Both the position numbers and the translations under genes were made by a program. A stretch of 64,000 nucleotides of DNA from Candidatus Heritagella gallinarum (GTDB lineage Bacteria; Bacillota; Clostridia; Oscillospirales; Acutalibacteraceae). The DNA lies in contig CAJFNK010000026.1 in assembly GCA_904394685.1 (NCBI GenBank), forward strand, positions 8,706 to 72,705. Reading direction: 5' to 3'. Numbering within the stretch: position 1 is the stretch's first letter; each line of letters begins with the position of its first letter. Below, one piece after another: positions 53,893 to 63,513 of the stretch. The notes under the pieces were generated by a model, which saw only the letters and a program-made list of their open reading frames with translations, did no database searches and was not told the origin of the DNA.

Positions 53893-54382
53893 AGGTATAA
53901 GCGCTGGAAGCGGGCAAGCCCAACATGCTCATGACATGCTCTTCCTTCTCACGCATTCTCACACGCTCGATACCACCGTTCTCGTGGTCATATCCCAGCA
54001 GATGCAGCATCGAATGGGCAGTCAGATATCCCACCTCACGCTCAAAGCTGTGACCAAAACGCTTGGCCTGCTCCAACGCCTTGGGAATCGAAATCACGAT
54101 ATCGCCCAAAATCTTGGCGCCGGTGTTGTGGTTCTCGTCATACACGCCATTTTCACCCATCGGGAACGACAACACATCGGTAGGCATATCCTTGCCACGA
54201 TATTCACGGTTCAGCTCGTGGATCTGCTCATTATCTACAAAGGTCACGCTGATCTCTGCGGAATAGGGAAAATTCTCCATACGCAGCACTGCGTTGCAGC
54301 AGCGGCGCACCAGCATACGCATCCCGGTAGGAATCTTAACGACCTTTTGCTTATTGGTGATAATTACTCTTATTTTTTCCAT
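53879..54382 (-). CDS. ybeY: rRNA maturation RNase YbeY
   Basis: The ORF extends to 54493. The start at MEKIRVI is preferred. Zinc motif HSMLHLLGYDH. Confidence 0.92.
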   Translation of the reverse strand: MEKIRVIITNKQKVVKIPTGMRMLVRRCCNAVLRMENFPYSAEISVTFVDNEQIHELNREYRGKDMPTDVLSFPMGENGVYDENHNTGAKILGDIVISIPKALEQAKRFGHSFEREVGYLTAHSMLHLLGYDHENGGIERVRMREKEEHVMSMLGLPASSAYTFGDE

Positions 54383-55343
54383 TTTTTGCGCCAGCCTCCT
54401 CGTATTTTTCATATGCTTTAATAATATCCTGCACCAGCTTATGTCGGACAACGTCCCGCTCTGTAAAGCGGAAAATAGCGATATCCTCCACATTTTTCAG
54501 GATTCTCATTGCGTCTTTCAAACCGGAACGCCGTCCATCTGGCAGGTCGATCTGGGTAATATCTCCGGTGATGACCATTTTGGAGTTGAATCCCAGACGG
54601 GTGAGGAACATTTTCATCTGCTCCGGCGTGGTATTCTGGGCTTCATCCAGAATGATAAAACTGTCATCCAGCGTCCGGCCTCTCATATAGGCCAAAGGCG
54701 CCACTTCGATATTGCCCCTCTCTACATATTTCTGAAAGCTTTCGGCTCCCAGCATATCAAACAGGGCGTCGTATAAGGGTCGCAGATAGGGGTCTACCTT
54801 CTGTTGCAGATCGCCGGGCAAAAAGCCCAGCTTTTCTCCGGCTTCTACTGCCGGCCGGGTAAGGATGATCCGGTTGACCTCCTGCGCCCGGAATGCGGTT
54901 ACTGCCATGGCAACCGCCAGATAGGTTTTGCCGGTTCCCGCCGGCCCAACCCCAATGGTGACGGTGTGGGAACGGATATCAGAGCAATACTGTTTTTGCC
55001 CCACAGTTTTGGGCTTAACAGGTTTGCCCTTGCTGGTGATACAGATACAGTCGCCGGCTAAAGACTGCAATTTTTGTTCGGAACCCTCATTGACCATGGA
55101 AATACAATAACGGACATGCTGCTCTGTGAGCGCTTCCCCTTTATTAATCAGGTTCAAAAGGCTTTCGATAGCTCGCACCGCCCGGTACACACATTCTGCG
55201 TCTCCCGAAACCTTGATTTCGGAATCCCGGTTGACAATGCTCACGCCATATTCCTTTTCCAGCAGGCGCACATTGGAGTCAAAACTGCCAAATAACGCCG
55301 CTGCCTGTTCCATTCTGTCAATGTTGATTCGCTGCTCAAACAT
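54351..55343 (-). CDS. phoH: PhoH family ATPase
   Basis: 330 aa. Walker A GPAGTGKTYLA. Confidence 0.95.
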   Translation of the reverse strand: MFEQRINIDRMEQAAALFGSFDSNVRLLEKEYGVSIVNRDSEIKVSGDAECVYRAVRAIESLLNLINKGEALTEQHVRYCISMVNEGSEQKLQSLAGDCICITSKGKPVKPKTVGQKQYCSDIRSHTVTIGVGPAGTGKTYLAVAMAVTAFRAQEVNRIILTRPAVEAGEKLGFLPGDLQQKVDPYLRPLYDALFDMLGAESFQKYVERGNIEVAPLAYMRGRTLDDSFIILDEAQNTTPEQMKMFLTRLGFNSKMVITGDITQIDLPDGRRSGLKDAMRILKNVEDIAIFRFTERDVVRHKLVQDIIKAYEKYEEAGAKNGKNKSNYHQ

Positions 55344-55494
55344 AGAGTCCTCCTGTGTCCTGTATCCATCAGGAATTTTTCGTATTTATTATATCACAAT
55401 CCTTCCCGTCCGTCATTAAATAATTCATAAAAAATCGTACAAATTTTAGCTCATTTATACAGTATTTATACCAGTTTCCGGCAGCGGAACGCAC

Positions 55495-56721
55495 TTATTT
55501 CCCCTTGTTTTCCTGTTTATTTTTTACGTCATCATCTTCCAGCAGGATTTGACTGTTTTTCCCGATCTCCTCCTGACATTCTGCCTGAACGGTAAGAATC
55601 AGTTTTCCCTCACGAACCGCTGTCTTTGATGTTTCCGTGAGGATACGCCCTTCCTTTCCCAAAAGCTCTGCCTGCTGCAAATTGACAATCTTCCAGGCAC
55701 GCTCCTCCGCCTCTTTCCGGTTCAGGGTCACTTCTTCTTCCCGGTATTCATGCCATACTTCCTCCGTCAGCAGGATGGGCAGCGGGGTATCTAGCAGGGT
55801 AGCCGGAATCTCCAGGCTCTCTTTGCGCCAGGTTCCTTTTGGCTGAGTCCGCAGCGTTACCGGCAGGTTCATTCCAAAAAATTGCAGTCCCCATCGTGTT
55901 TTGGTTTTCCCGGTTTCGGTTGAAACCGTTTGCTCAAGGGGAATCTCCGCTGTAAAGGTTCTGCGTGTCCGGGCAACAATTTTTCCTCTGGCATACACAA
56001 GGGTATTCCCACCCTGCCGGTCTTCTTTCACCCCGGAAATCAACAGCTGCCCTTTTGTCACAGCGTCCCCGGCCTGCACCATCGCCGTGCCGTCAAAGGT
56101 ATCGATTGAGAGGATCTGACCGTCAATAGTCGCCAACACATTGGAAGGACCTTCTCCCGACTCCTCCTCTGGTTTGGGGACTCCTTCTTCCAGACAGATT
56201 TCGGCGCTGCACATACGGGTGTTCACACTCACCCAGCTAATTTCGGGAAAACGCTGCATCAATGCGGCGGCCAGCGCCTTTTCGTCAATCTCCTCCCGCA
56301 CTGCCCCCAAAAACAGCCCCTCCTCACCGGCAGCCTGCAAAAGGCTCTGCTGTGCCAGCTGTTGGTTTCCCGATACAGTAATCACCCAATACCGCCCCGA
56401 AAGTATCCACAAAATCAGACAGAACCAAACGCTCCCCAGCACCAGCCCTTTTCGCTTTCCCAGCTTTTTCATCCAGAACACCAGCCCACGCCGCCGCATC
56501 AGCCGCAGTTTGACCCGGCATTTTCGGGCATATGGACGCAGCTCGGCATATTCCGACGCCCGCACCCGACAGCGGAAGCTTTCCTGACCGCCAGCCTGCA
56601 TCCCCCACAAAACAAACCCGGAACGGGCGCAGAGTGTGAGAAAGCGTTCTGCCTGCCCCTTTTTCTTTCCTGCAATCGAAAACTCCACCCAGCCGGAGAG
56701 CCATCTTGTCAGCTTGATCAT
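55495..56721 (-). CDS. yqfD: sporulation protein YqfD
   Basis: 408 aa. The N-terminus LSGWVEFSIAGKKKGQAERFLTLCARSGFVLW and a single mid-protein TM helix are typical of YqfD. Follows yqfC. Confidence 0.85.
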   Translation of the reverse strand: MIKLTRWLSGWVEFSIAGKKKGQAERFLTLCARSGFVLWGMQAGGQESFRCRVRASEYAELRPYARKCRVKLRLMRRRGLVFWMKKLGKRKGLVLGSVWFCLILWILSGRYWVITVSGNQQLAQQSLLQAAGEEGLFLGAVREEIDEKALAAALMQRFPEISWVSVNTRMCSAEICLEEGVPKPEEESGEGPSNVLATIDGQILSIDTFDGTAMVQAGDAVTKGQLLISGVKEDRQGGNTLVYARGKIVARTRRTFTAEIPLEQTVSTETGKTKTRWGLQFFGMNLPVTLRTQPKGTWRKESLEIPATLLDTPLPILLTEEVWHEYREEEVTLNRKEAEERAWKIVNLQQAELLGKEGRILTETSKTAVREGKLILTVQAECQEEIGKNSQILLEDDDVKNKQENKGK

Positions 56722-56735
56722 GTATAGCCGTCCCC

Positions 56736-57014
56736 TTATATCTGATATTCGATTCCGGCAATAAACCCTTCAATCACCATGGAATTTCCCGTCATACAGC
56801 GAATACAGAGATTCCTTCCCGAAAACCGGATACAAAAACGCCCCGCCCGGATTCGAATCTGCTGGGGGTCGTATTCCAACACCCCGCCGCTCCCCTCTAC
56901 CACCGCCCGGCGGTTTCCATAAAGTTCCATATATCCCCCAGCTGCTGCGGAAGCTACCACCCCCGGCGAGAGCAAAAAAGATTCCTTTTGGCGTTCACTC
57001 TTTTCCTGCTTCAC
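56736..57014 (-). CDS. yqfC: sporulation protein YqfC
   Basis: The GTG at 57014 lies 7 nt after GGAGG, inside track ORF 56736..57227. 92 aa. MELYGNRRAVVEGSGGVLEYDPQQIRI and the ending VIEGFIAGIEY fit the YqfC pattern. Confidence 0.75.
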   Translation of the reverse strand: MKQEKSERQKESFLLSPGVVASAAAGGYMELYGNRRAVVEGSGGVLEYDPQQIRIRAGRFCIRFSGRNLCIRCMTGNSMVIEGFIAGIEYQI

Positions 57015-57242
57015 CTTTCTCCCTCCTTCTCGGCACTGTGAAAAATGCAGGCCGTTTCTTACAACATATATGCGCCAAAAGGCTCCTACTATACCACCTT
57101 TCCCACCAAAAACAGGACACGCAAAAAGGAGAACCACATTTTGAAAGGCTTCAAAACATGGTTCTCTTTTTTCAAAAACGGTCATGTTTGCACTGCAATT
57201 GGGATACATTGTACTATACCACGTCATAAAGGAGCTGCTTTG

Positions 57243-58361
57243 ATGAAACGATTCCCATTCCTCTCCTCGATCACCGGTCTTGGGGCAGTATGTGTTGGGG
57301 CAATCTGGCTGCTAAAAGACTCACAGGCTGCCGGTCAGGGAGCTTCTGTGGGAATCACTACCTGCATCAACACGTTAATCCCCTCCCTGTTCCCCTTTAT
57401 GGTGCTGTGTACCTATGTGGTAGAAAGCGGACTTTCCAACCGTCTTGGCCGCTATGCGGGCGGCGTCACCCGGTTTCTGTTCCGGCTGCCGGGATGCACT
57501 GCGCCGGTGATCCTTCTTTCTTTTCTGGGTGGTTATCCCGCAGGGGCAAAAGGGATTTCCCAGTTGCTGGCCAGAAAAGAAATCACAACCGATGAAGCAG
57601 GGCAGATGCTCTGCTTTTGTGTAAACGCCGGGCCACCTTTTGTACTGACGGCTGTGGGAAGCTGCCTGCTGGGAGATTTTACTGCCGGTGTCGTGCTGCT
57701 TCTTTCCACCACTCTTTCGGGATTGCTGTTGGGAATCATTTTCCGGTTCTTTTCTTCTTCCTCCTCGGTCAGTAAACCACACTGCCCGCCGCCTGCTTCT
57801 GCATCTTCTCCGTTTGTGTCTTCGGTAACCGGAGCCAGCCGCTCTTTGCTCACATTATGCGCCTTTGTCATCCTGTTCTCCGTGATTCTCTCGCTGATGC
57901 GGGAAAGCGGCCTGTTTTCGATTCTCACCCGCCGCCTGCTCCTGCTGGGAATGTCGCCGGGAAACGCAGCTTCATTGCCCTCTCTGCTGGCAGAAGTCAC
58001 CGCCGGGTGCCGGGACGGCGCCATGTTCGGCGCTTCTCTGCCTATGATCGCCTTTGGACTGGGATGGGGTGGGCTATGCGTACATCTTCAGATTTTTTCC
58101 TTCTTTCCACAGTTTCCCCTTGCACGGTGGAAATTCTGGTTCTCCCGCCTTCTGCACGGAATTCTGTCTGCTGTTTTCACTTGGAACCTGCTCCCATTCT
58201 TCCCGCAGGTGCGCTCCGCCTCCGCTCTTTGGAGCAGTCAGGTAACAGGCGGACTCGCCGCTTCTGTCCCCGCTGTCCTCACATTGTTTCTGCTGTTTCT
58301 GGTGATGGCGCTGGACGGTACACGATTTTCTCCTTTTGACAGACAAAAAACCGGAACGTGA
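57243..58361 (+). CDS. ylbJ: sporulation integral membrane protein YlbJ
   Basis: The start at MKRFPFL follows AAAGGAG, inside track ORF 57045..58361. A polytopic nucleoside-recognition-like membrane protein. Confidence 0.8.
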   Translation: MKRFPFLSSITGLGAVCVGAIWLLKDSQAAGQGASVGITTCINTLIPSLFPFMVLCTYVVESGLSNRLGRYAGGVTRFLFRLPGCTAPVILLSFLGGYPAGAKGISQLLARKEITTDEAGQMLCFCVNAGPPFVLTAVGSCLLGDFTAGVVLLLSTTLSGLLLGIIFRFFSSSSSVSKPHCPPPASASSPFVSSVTGASRSLLTLCAFVILFSVILSLMRESGLFSILTRRLLLLGMSPGNAASLPSLLAEVTAGCRDGAMFGASLPMIAFGLGWGGLCVHLQIFSFFPQFPLARWKFWFSRLLHGILSAVFTWNLLPFFPQVRSASALWSSQVTGGLAASVPAVLTLFLLFLVMALDGTRFSPFDRQKTGT

Positions 58362-58375
58362 CGTTCCGGTTTCGA
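58345..58375 (+). terminator. intrinsic terminator of ylbJ
   Basis: AAACCGGAACG-tga-CGTTCCGGTTT, with the ylbJ stop codon in the loop. Confidence 0.65.
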
Positions 58376-58440
58376 CTTTTCTGTTGCGGGGCAGCAGGTG
58401 CAAAAGGAAAGCCGCCCCGCAACCAATTTTTGCAAACAGT

Positions 58441-58803
58441 TTATTCCTTTGGGCAATTGGCTGTGGCTACAAAATCGGCTCCTGTACCTAAAATATCTGC
58501 CAGCACCACATCGCCAATTTGAACCGGCGCCTGCAAACTGACGTCGTTCAGCAATGCCATTGCCTCAAAAATGCGGCTTTTAGGAATATCCCGGCTGGTT
58601 TTTACCGAAACCCGGCGGCGCTTCCCGCCTTCTACCCGCACAGTGGACGTGACCACACGGGTTGGATTGGTGAGTTCCTTTTTGCCATATGCCGCCCCTT
58701 TTTCACAGGAGTTTCCGGTGACAGCATATCCGTTTTCTTCATCCACCCGCAAGTGGCAGCCTTTTGGGCAGACAATGCAGATCAGTTCTTTCATCTCGAT
58801 CAC
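58441..58803 (-). CDS. DUF1667 domain-containing protein
   Basis: 120 aa. Motifs CIVCPKGCHL and GNSCEKG. Last gene of the FAD-oxidoreductase triad. Confidence 0.85.
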   Translation of the reverse strand: MIEMKELICIVCPKGCHLRVDEENGYAVTGNSCEKGAAYGKKELTNPTRVVTSTVRVEGGKRRRVSVKTSRDIPKSRIFEAMALLNDVSLQAPVQIGDVVLADILGTGADFVATANCPKE

Positions 58804-60059
58804 TCCTTGTCAACAACCTGAACCGTCAGACAGTCCCCGGCGGCCTTTTCTGCCAGCACTTTGGGCAGAACCACTTTTTCCATCTCGCCCGGCGCCACAT
58901 GCTCTCTGGCAAAATGCGCCAGAACGGTTTTGCCGTCGGTGATCTGAATCTCCACATCCCGGAAAATGTTGCTTACCCGGAAGAAAATTTCAACGGTTTT
59001 GGGCATCTGTTCCAGCCGCAGCTTTTGAGGAACCGTATAGTTCACATGGCTTCCGTTTACCAGCTCCAAGACCCGGCCTTTGGACTGCTCTCCATTTTGA
59101 ACAAATGCAGCGGCAGCACGTCCGGCACGCTGGCTCTCCATCGTCACATAGTCCACCAGATCATGGACATGCACCACATTTCCGCAGGCAAACACGCCGG
59201 GAATAGAGGTTTCCATATTTTCATACACCACAGCGCCGCTGGTACGCCGGTCCATCTGGATACCGGCCTCTTTTGACAGCTCGTTTTCGGGAATCAGCCC
59301 CACCGAAAGAAGCAGTGTGTCACAGTCAAACACCATTTCGGTTCCCGGAATGGGTCGGCGGTTTTCGTCTACCTTGGCTACCGTTACCTGTTCCAGACGC
59401 TCTTTTCCCTTGACATCGACAACGGTGTGGGAGAGATACAGGGGAATCTCAAAATCTTCCAGACATTGCACGATATTCCGGTTTAGCCCGCCGGAATAGG
59501 GCATCAGCTCCACGCAGGCCAGCACCTTGGCTCCCTCCAGCGTCATGCGGCGTGCCATAATCAGGCCGATATCGCCGGAGCCAAGAATGACCACCCGTTT
59601 TCCCACCATATATCCTTCGATATTCACATACCGCTGGGCAGCGCCGGCGGTAAAAATTCCGCTGGGCCGGTCGCCGGGAATGGCGATTGCGCCACGGGTG
59701 CGTTCCCGGCACCCCATAGCCAGCACAATGGCGCCGGCTTCCAGCACCATATAACCGTCTGTGGGATTGACCGCATGCACCTGCCTCTCCGGTGTGATAT
59801 GCAGCACCATGGTATCCAGCTTCACTTCGATTCCGGTGCCTTTTAGCATCTCGATAAAACGTCCGGCATATTCCGGGCCGGTGAGTTCCTCTTTAAAATA
59901 ATGCAGTCCAAATCCGTTATGGATGCACTGGTTCAGAATCCCGCCCAACACCTGATCCCGCTCCAGAATCAGGACTTTTTTGGCTCCGTTTTTCTGCGCC
60001 TGCTCCGCTGCTGCCAATCCGGCCGGGCCGCCGCCAATCACGATCACATCATATTTCAT
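58800..60059 (-). CDS. NAD(P)/FAD-dependent pyridine nucleotide-disulfide oxidoreductase
   Basis: The start at MKYDVIVIGGGPAGLAAA is preferred; the ORF extends to 80. A second dinucleotide fold is VVILGSGDIG. Confidence 0.88.
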   Translation of the reverse strand: MKYDVIVIGGGPAGLAAAEQAQKNGAKKVLILERDQVLGGILNQCIHNGFGLHYFKEELTGPEYAGRFIEMLKGTGIEVKLDTMVLHITPERQVHAVNPTDGYMVLEAGAIVLAMGCRERTRGAIAIPGDRPSGIFTAGAAQRYVNIEGYMVGKRVVILGSGDIGLIMARRMTLEGAKVLACVELMPYSGGLNRNIVQCLEDFEIPLYLSHTVVDVKGKERLEQVTVAKVDENRRPIPGTEMVFDCDTLLLSVGLIPENELSKEAGIQMDRRTSGAVVYENMETSIPGVFACGNVVHVHDLVDYVTMESQRAGRAAAAFVQNGEQSKGRVLELVNGSHVNYTVPQKLRLEQMPKTVEIFFRVSNIFRDVEIQITDGKTVLAHFAREHVAPGEMEKVVLPKVLAEKAAGDCLTVQVVDKE

Positions 60060-61525
60060 CACGCTTCTCCCTCCCCGCATTTCGTTTCGCCGGTCACAAT
60101 CGCCATGCCTGCACGATCCTGCATCACAGCCTCCATCGGCATCCCGGTTTCTCTGGCGATGATTTCATGGACTCTTGGGCCACAAAAACCGCCCTGGCAG
60201 CGCCCCATTCCTGCGCCGCACCGGCGCTTGATTCCATCAATGGATACCGGCGGGATGGGAGAATGGAGAGCGTCCACCATCTCCCCTTCGCTGATGGTTT
60301 CACAGCGGCAGATAATCCGTCCATACAGGGGATTTTTGCGGATAGCTTCGGCTTTTTCGTCGCCCGAAAGCTCTTTGAAGCGGACAGGTTCCGGCAATTC
60401 CTCCCGGAAATCCGGATTGGACAGAAGGCGCAGCCCGGAGCGCAGCAGCAGTTCCTGCACATATTCCGCAATTGCCGGAGCACTCGAAAGGCCGGGGGAC
60501 TTGATTCCCGCCACATCGATAAAGCCTTTGCAAAGCTCCCGAATCTGGAAGTCATCGATATTGGTGTTGGCACGGACTCCGGCAAAGTTCCGAATGGATT
60601 CCCGCCAGTTCAGCCCCGGCACCGAAAGCAGCGCCATTTTCCGCACAAATTCCAGCCCCTCAGCCGTGGTACCGGTATCCCCGGCACCTGAAACCGGCTC
60701 GGAATTGGGGCCGACAATCAGGTTTCCATCTACGGTCGGGCTTACCAGCACGCCCTTTCCCACTTCTGTGGGACATTGGAAAATCACATGATGTACTGTA
60801 TCTCCCGCCGACTTATCCATCAGGTAATATTCGCCCCGGTTGGGCTTCATTTCATAGGGGGGCTGCTGCAACAGGCTGGCGGTAGCCCAGCTGTCCACAC
60901 CCGTACAGTTTACAACATAACGGGCTGTGATTTTCCCCTGCGGGATGGTGAGGCAATAACCGCCCTCCACCTTTTGAATCCCAGTGACCGGGCTGTTGCG
61001 CTTCAAAGTTACGCCGTTGACCACCGCAGACTCCGCAAATGCCAGCGCCATGCGCCAGGGGGAAACAATACCGGCGCTGGGCGCATACAAAGCCCCTTTT
61101 ATCTCTGGGTTGAGCCGGGGCTCCATCTTTAGCACCTGTTCTCTTGAAAGAATTTGCAGGCCGGGCACACCGTTGTGTTTTCCCCGCTGATACAAAACCT
61201 GCACGGTGTTCATATTTTCTTCGGAGAACGCCAGAATCAATGAACCAATCGGCTGATAGGGAAAATGGAGCTTTGGCGCCAGCTCTTTCACCAGCTCCAC
61301 GCCACGGACGTTCAGACGTGCCATTAACGTACCCGGCCGAGGGTCATACCCCGCATGGATAATCGCAGAGTTGGCCTTGGTGGTTCCCACCGCCACATCG
61401 TTTTCCTTTTCCAGAACGCACACCGAAAGGCGGTATTTTGCCAATTGGCGGGCCACCGCTGCGCCCACAACGCCGCAGCCAATCACGGCAACATCAAACT
61501 GATTTTTCTGACTGCTGTTCTGCAA
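60059..61525 (-). CDS. FAD-dependent oxidoreductase, GlpA-like glycerol-3-phosphate dehydrogenase with BFD-like [2Fe-2S] domain
   Basis: 488 aa. The TTG start lies 7 nt after AAGGAGG. FAD motif VAVIGCGVVGAAVA. C-terminal Cys motifs CRCETISEGE and RCGAGMGRCQGGFC. Confidence 0.85.
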   Translation of the reverse strand: MQNSSQKNQFDVAVIGCGVVGAAVARQLAKYRLSVCVLEKENDVAVGTTKANSAIIHAGYDPRPGTLMARLNVRGVELVKELAPKLHFPYQPIGSLILAFSEENMNTVQVLYQRGKHNGVPGLQILSREQVLKMEPRLNPEIKGALYAPSAGIVSPWRMALAFAESAVVNGVTLKRNSPVTGIQKVEGGYCLTIPQGKITARYVVNCTGVDSWATASLLQQPPYEMKPNRGEYYLMDKSAGDTVHHVIFQCPTEVGKGVLVSPTVDGNLIVGPNSEPVSGAGDTGTTAEGLEFVRKMALLSVPGLNWRESIRNFAGVRANTNIDDFQIRELCKGFIDVAGIKSPGLSSAPAIAEYVQELLLRSGLRLLSNPDFREELPEPVRFKELSGDEKAEAIRKNPLYGRIICRCETISEGEMVDALHSPIPPVSIDGIKRRCGAGMGRCQGGFCGPRVHEIIARETGMPMEAVMQDRAGMAIVTGETKCGEGEA

Positions 61526-61644
61526 GCTGATTCCTCCTTATTCTCTCCCAGGGCAAATAAAAAAGCCACAACAAAGAAACCCATATTCCCTATGGGCTGC
61601 TTTTGCCGTGACTCCAAGCTCAATGGCAGTATTCTTTTTCTTTA

Positions 61645-61673
61645 ATTATACGACGAAACAAAAAGAATTGCAA
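61645..61673 (-). promoter_or_regulatory. consensus-like sigma-A promoter facing the glpA-like triad (TTGCAA-17-TATAAT)
   Basis: The minus strand reads TTGCAAttctttttgtttcgtcgTATAAT. A leader of about 115 nt follows. Confidence 0.45.
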
Positions 61674-61721
61674 CGGCGGATTTATAAGAAAACAATTCGG
61701 ATATTATGTTTGTAAACAATA

Positions 61722-61751
61722 TTGCCTATTTGTCTTTTTTTGTGTTATAAT
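61722..61751 (+). promoter_or_regulatory. candidate promoter for carboxylesterase gene (TTGCCT-18-TGtTATAAT)
   Basis: TTGCCTatttgtctttttttgtgtTATAAT, with a TG extension. Confidence 0.4.
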
Positions 61752-61816
61752 GATAAAGAACAAACAATAATCGCATTGCAAGATGCGCTGATTTCTTTAA
61801 TAAGGAGTGGCTGACG

Positions 61817-63373
61817 ATGGCAAAACAATTTGTCTGTAACAAAACCGAACCGGTTGTGCAAACCAAAGCGGGAAAACTGCGTGGTTTCCTGCTGGACGGA
61901 ACTTATACCTTCCACGGCATCAAATACGCAGATGCAAAGCGCTTTCAGATGCCGGAAGAAGTAAAGCCCTGGGAAGGCATTAAAGACGCCCTCTCCTATG
62001 GCTATGTCTGCCCCATGATTAACGACCCGGTTCCCAACGGGGAAGTAATGGTGCCCCACCGCTACTGGCCGGTCAATGAAGATTGCCAGTATCTGAACAT
62101 CTGGAGCCAGTCACTTGACCCCGACGCCAAAAAGCCGGTTATGGTGTGGCTGCACGGCGGCGGATTTTCCGACGGTTCTTCGATTGAACAGGTGTGCTAT
62201 GACGGCGAAAACATGAGCAAATACGGCGATGTGGTAGTGGTTTCCCTGAACCACCGCCTGAATGTGCTGGGATATCTGGACGTTTCCTCTCTCAGTCCGG
62301 ATTTTGCCAATTCTGCAAACGCCGGAACCGAGGATATGGTGGCTGCTCTGCGCTGGATTCGGGACAATATCCGCAATTTTGGCGGAGACCCGGATAACGT
62401 AACCCTGTTTGGCCAGTCCGGCGGCGGTGGGAAAATCTGGACGCTGATGCAGACCCCCTCTGCAGAAGGACTGTTCCACAAGGGAATTATTCAGAGCGGT
62501 GTGTTCGACATGATTCCGGTTCGTCAGGGCGCTGACGGAAAAGCCATTACACAGGCAATTCTGGACGAGCTTGGCATCCACGAAAATCAGGCGGAAGCGC
62601 TGGCTACTGTCCCCTATCGTCAGCTGGCCGACGCATATAAGAAGGTTGCGCCCGAACTCGAAAAGCAGGGTGAGTATGTTGGTCTGGCGCCTCTTGCAAA
62701 CGACTTTTTGCCCGGCGACCCCCGTCAGGTTGGATTCACTCCCTTTGCCCGCACCGTGCCGGTCATTGTGGGAACCGTGCTGGGTGAGTTCTCCTTTGGA
62801 CCTGCAATCGCCAATCGTGAAGCACTGAGCGAAGAAGAAATCAACGCCATGATTGAAAAGAAATATGGCGATTCCGCTCCGGAACTCATCCGTCTTTTCA
62901 AGGCTGCATATCCGGAAAAGCACCTCACCGACCTGCTTTTTGTCGACCATCTTTTCCGTGCCCCTTCGAGAGATTTCATCGTGAAAAAAGCTGCACATAC
63001 CGAGGCGCCCACCTATTCCTATCAGTTCACATTGGAGCTTACTTATGACGGCGGCCACGTTGCCTGGCACTGCTCCGAAATCCCCTTTGTGTTCCACAAC
63101 ACCGAGAAAATCCCCTACTGCAACATTCCCGGCGTTTCCGATAAGCTGGAGGAGCAGATGTTCAATGCCTGGGTTCAGTTTGCCCGCACCGGCAACCCCA
63201 ACCATCCCGGCCTGCCGCAGTGGCCTGCTTGCACGCCTGACGATGAAGCCGTTATGATTTTTGACAAAACCTGTGAAGTCAAGCATAACTTTGACGCCGA
63301 GCTGGTGGACCTGATTGCCAAAACCGCCCCTGATTTCCGTTTTGACGACGAAGATCAACCCATCCAGCACTAA
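61817..63373 (+). CDS. carboxylesterase type B family protein
   Basis: 518 aa. Oxyanion motif WLHGGGF and nucleophile elbow FGQSGGG. Confidence 0.92.
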   Translation: MAKQFVCNKTEPVVQTKAGKLRGFLLDGTYTFHGIKYADAKRFQMPEEVKPWEGIKDALSYGYVCPMINDPVPNGEVMVPHRYWPVNEDCQYLNIWSQSLDPDAKKPVMVWLHGGGFSDGSSIEQVCYDGENMSKYGDVVVVSLNHRLNVLGYLDVSSLSPDFANSANAGTEDMVAALRWIRDNIRNFGGDPDNVTLFGQSGGGGKIWTLMQTPSAEGLFHKGIIQSGVFDMIPVRQGADGKAITQAILDELGIHENQAEALATVPYRQLADAYKKVAPELEKQGEYVGLAPLANDFLPGDPRQVGFTPFARTVPVIVGTVLGEFSFGPAIANREALSEEEINAMIEKKYGDSAPELIRLFKAAYPEKHLTDLLFVDHLFRAPSRDFIVKKAAHTEAPTYSYQFTLELTYDGGHVAWHCSEIPFVFHNTEKIPYCNIPGVSDKLEEQMFNAWVQFARTGNPNHPGLPQWPACTPDDEAVMIFDKTCEVKHNFDAELVDLIAKTAPDFRFDDEDQPIQH

Positions 63374-63386
63374 TAAATCGATAACA

Positions 63387-63435
63387 AAATGCCCGCCAAA
63401 CCAATTTATCAGATCGGTTTGGCGGGCATTTCTTT
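63387..63435. terminator. bidirectional intrinsic terminator
   Basis: AAATGCCCGCCAAACC-13 nt-GGTTTGGCGGGCATTT, between convergent genes. Confidence 0.75.
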
Positions 63436-63513
63436 GCCTCAAAGAAAACTTACAGGATTCGCTATCCCATGCAAAGAGGACTTCTCACAGCACCCCCTTG
63501 CTTCCAGCGGCGT

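Noticed and set aside
56849-56859. tRNA T-arm-like GGATTCGAATC
   Set aside because: It lies inside the yqfC coding frame with no surrounding cloverleaf (no acceptor or anticodon stems).
62111-63442. 443-aa minus-strand ORF
   Set aside because: Shadow ORF opposite the carboxylesterase gene, which carries the HGGGF and GQSGGG motifs.
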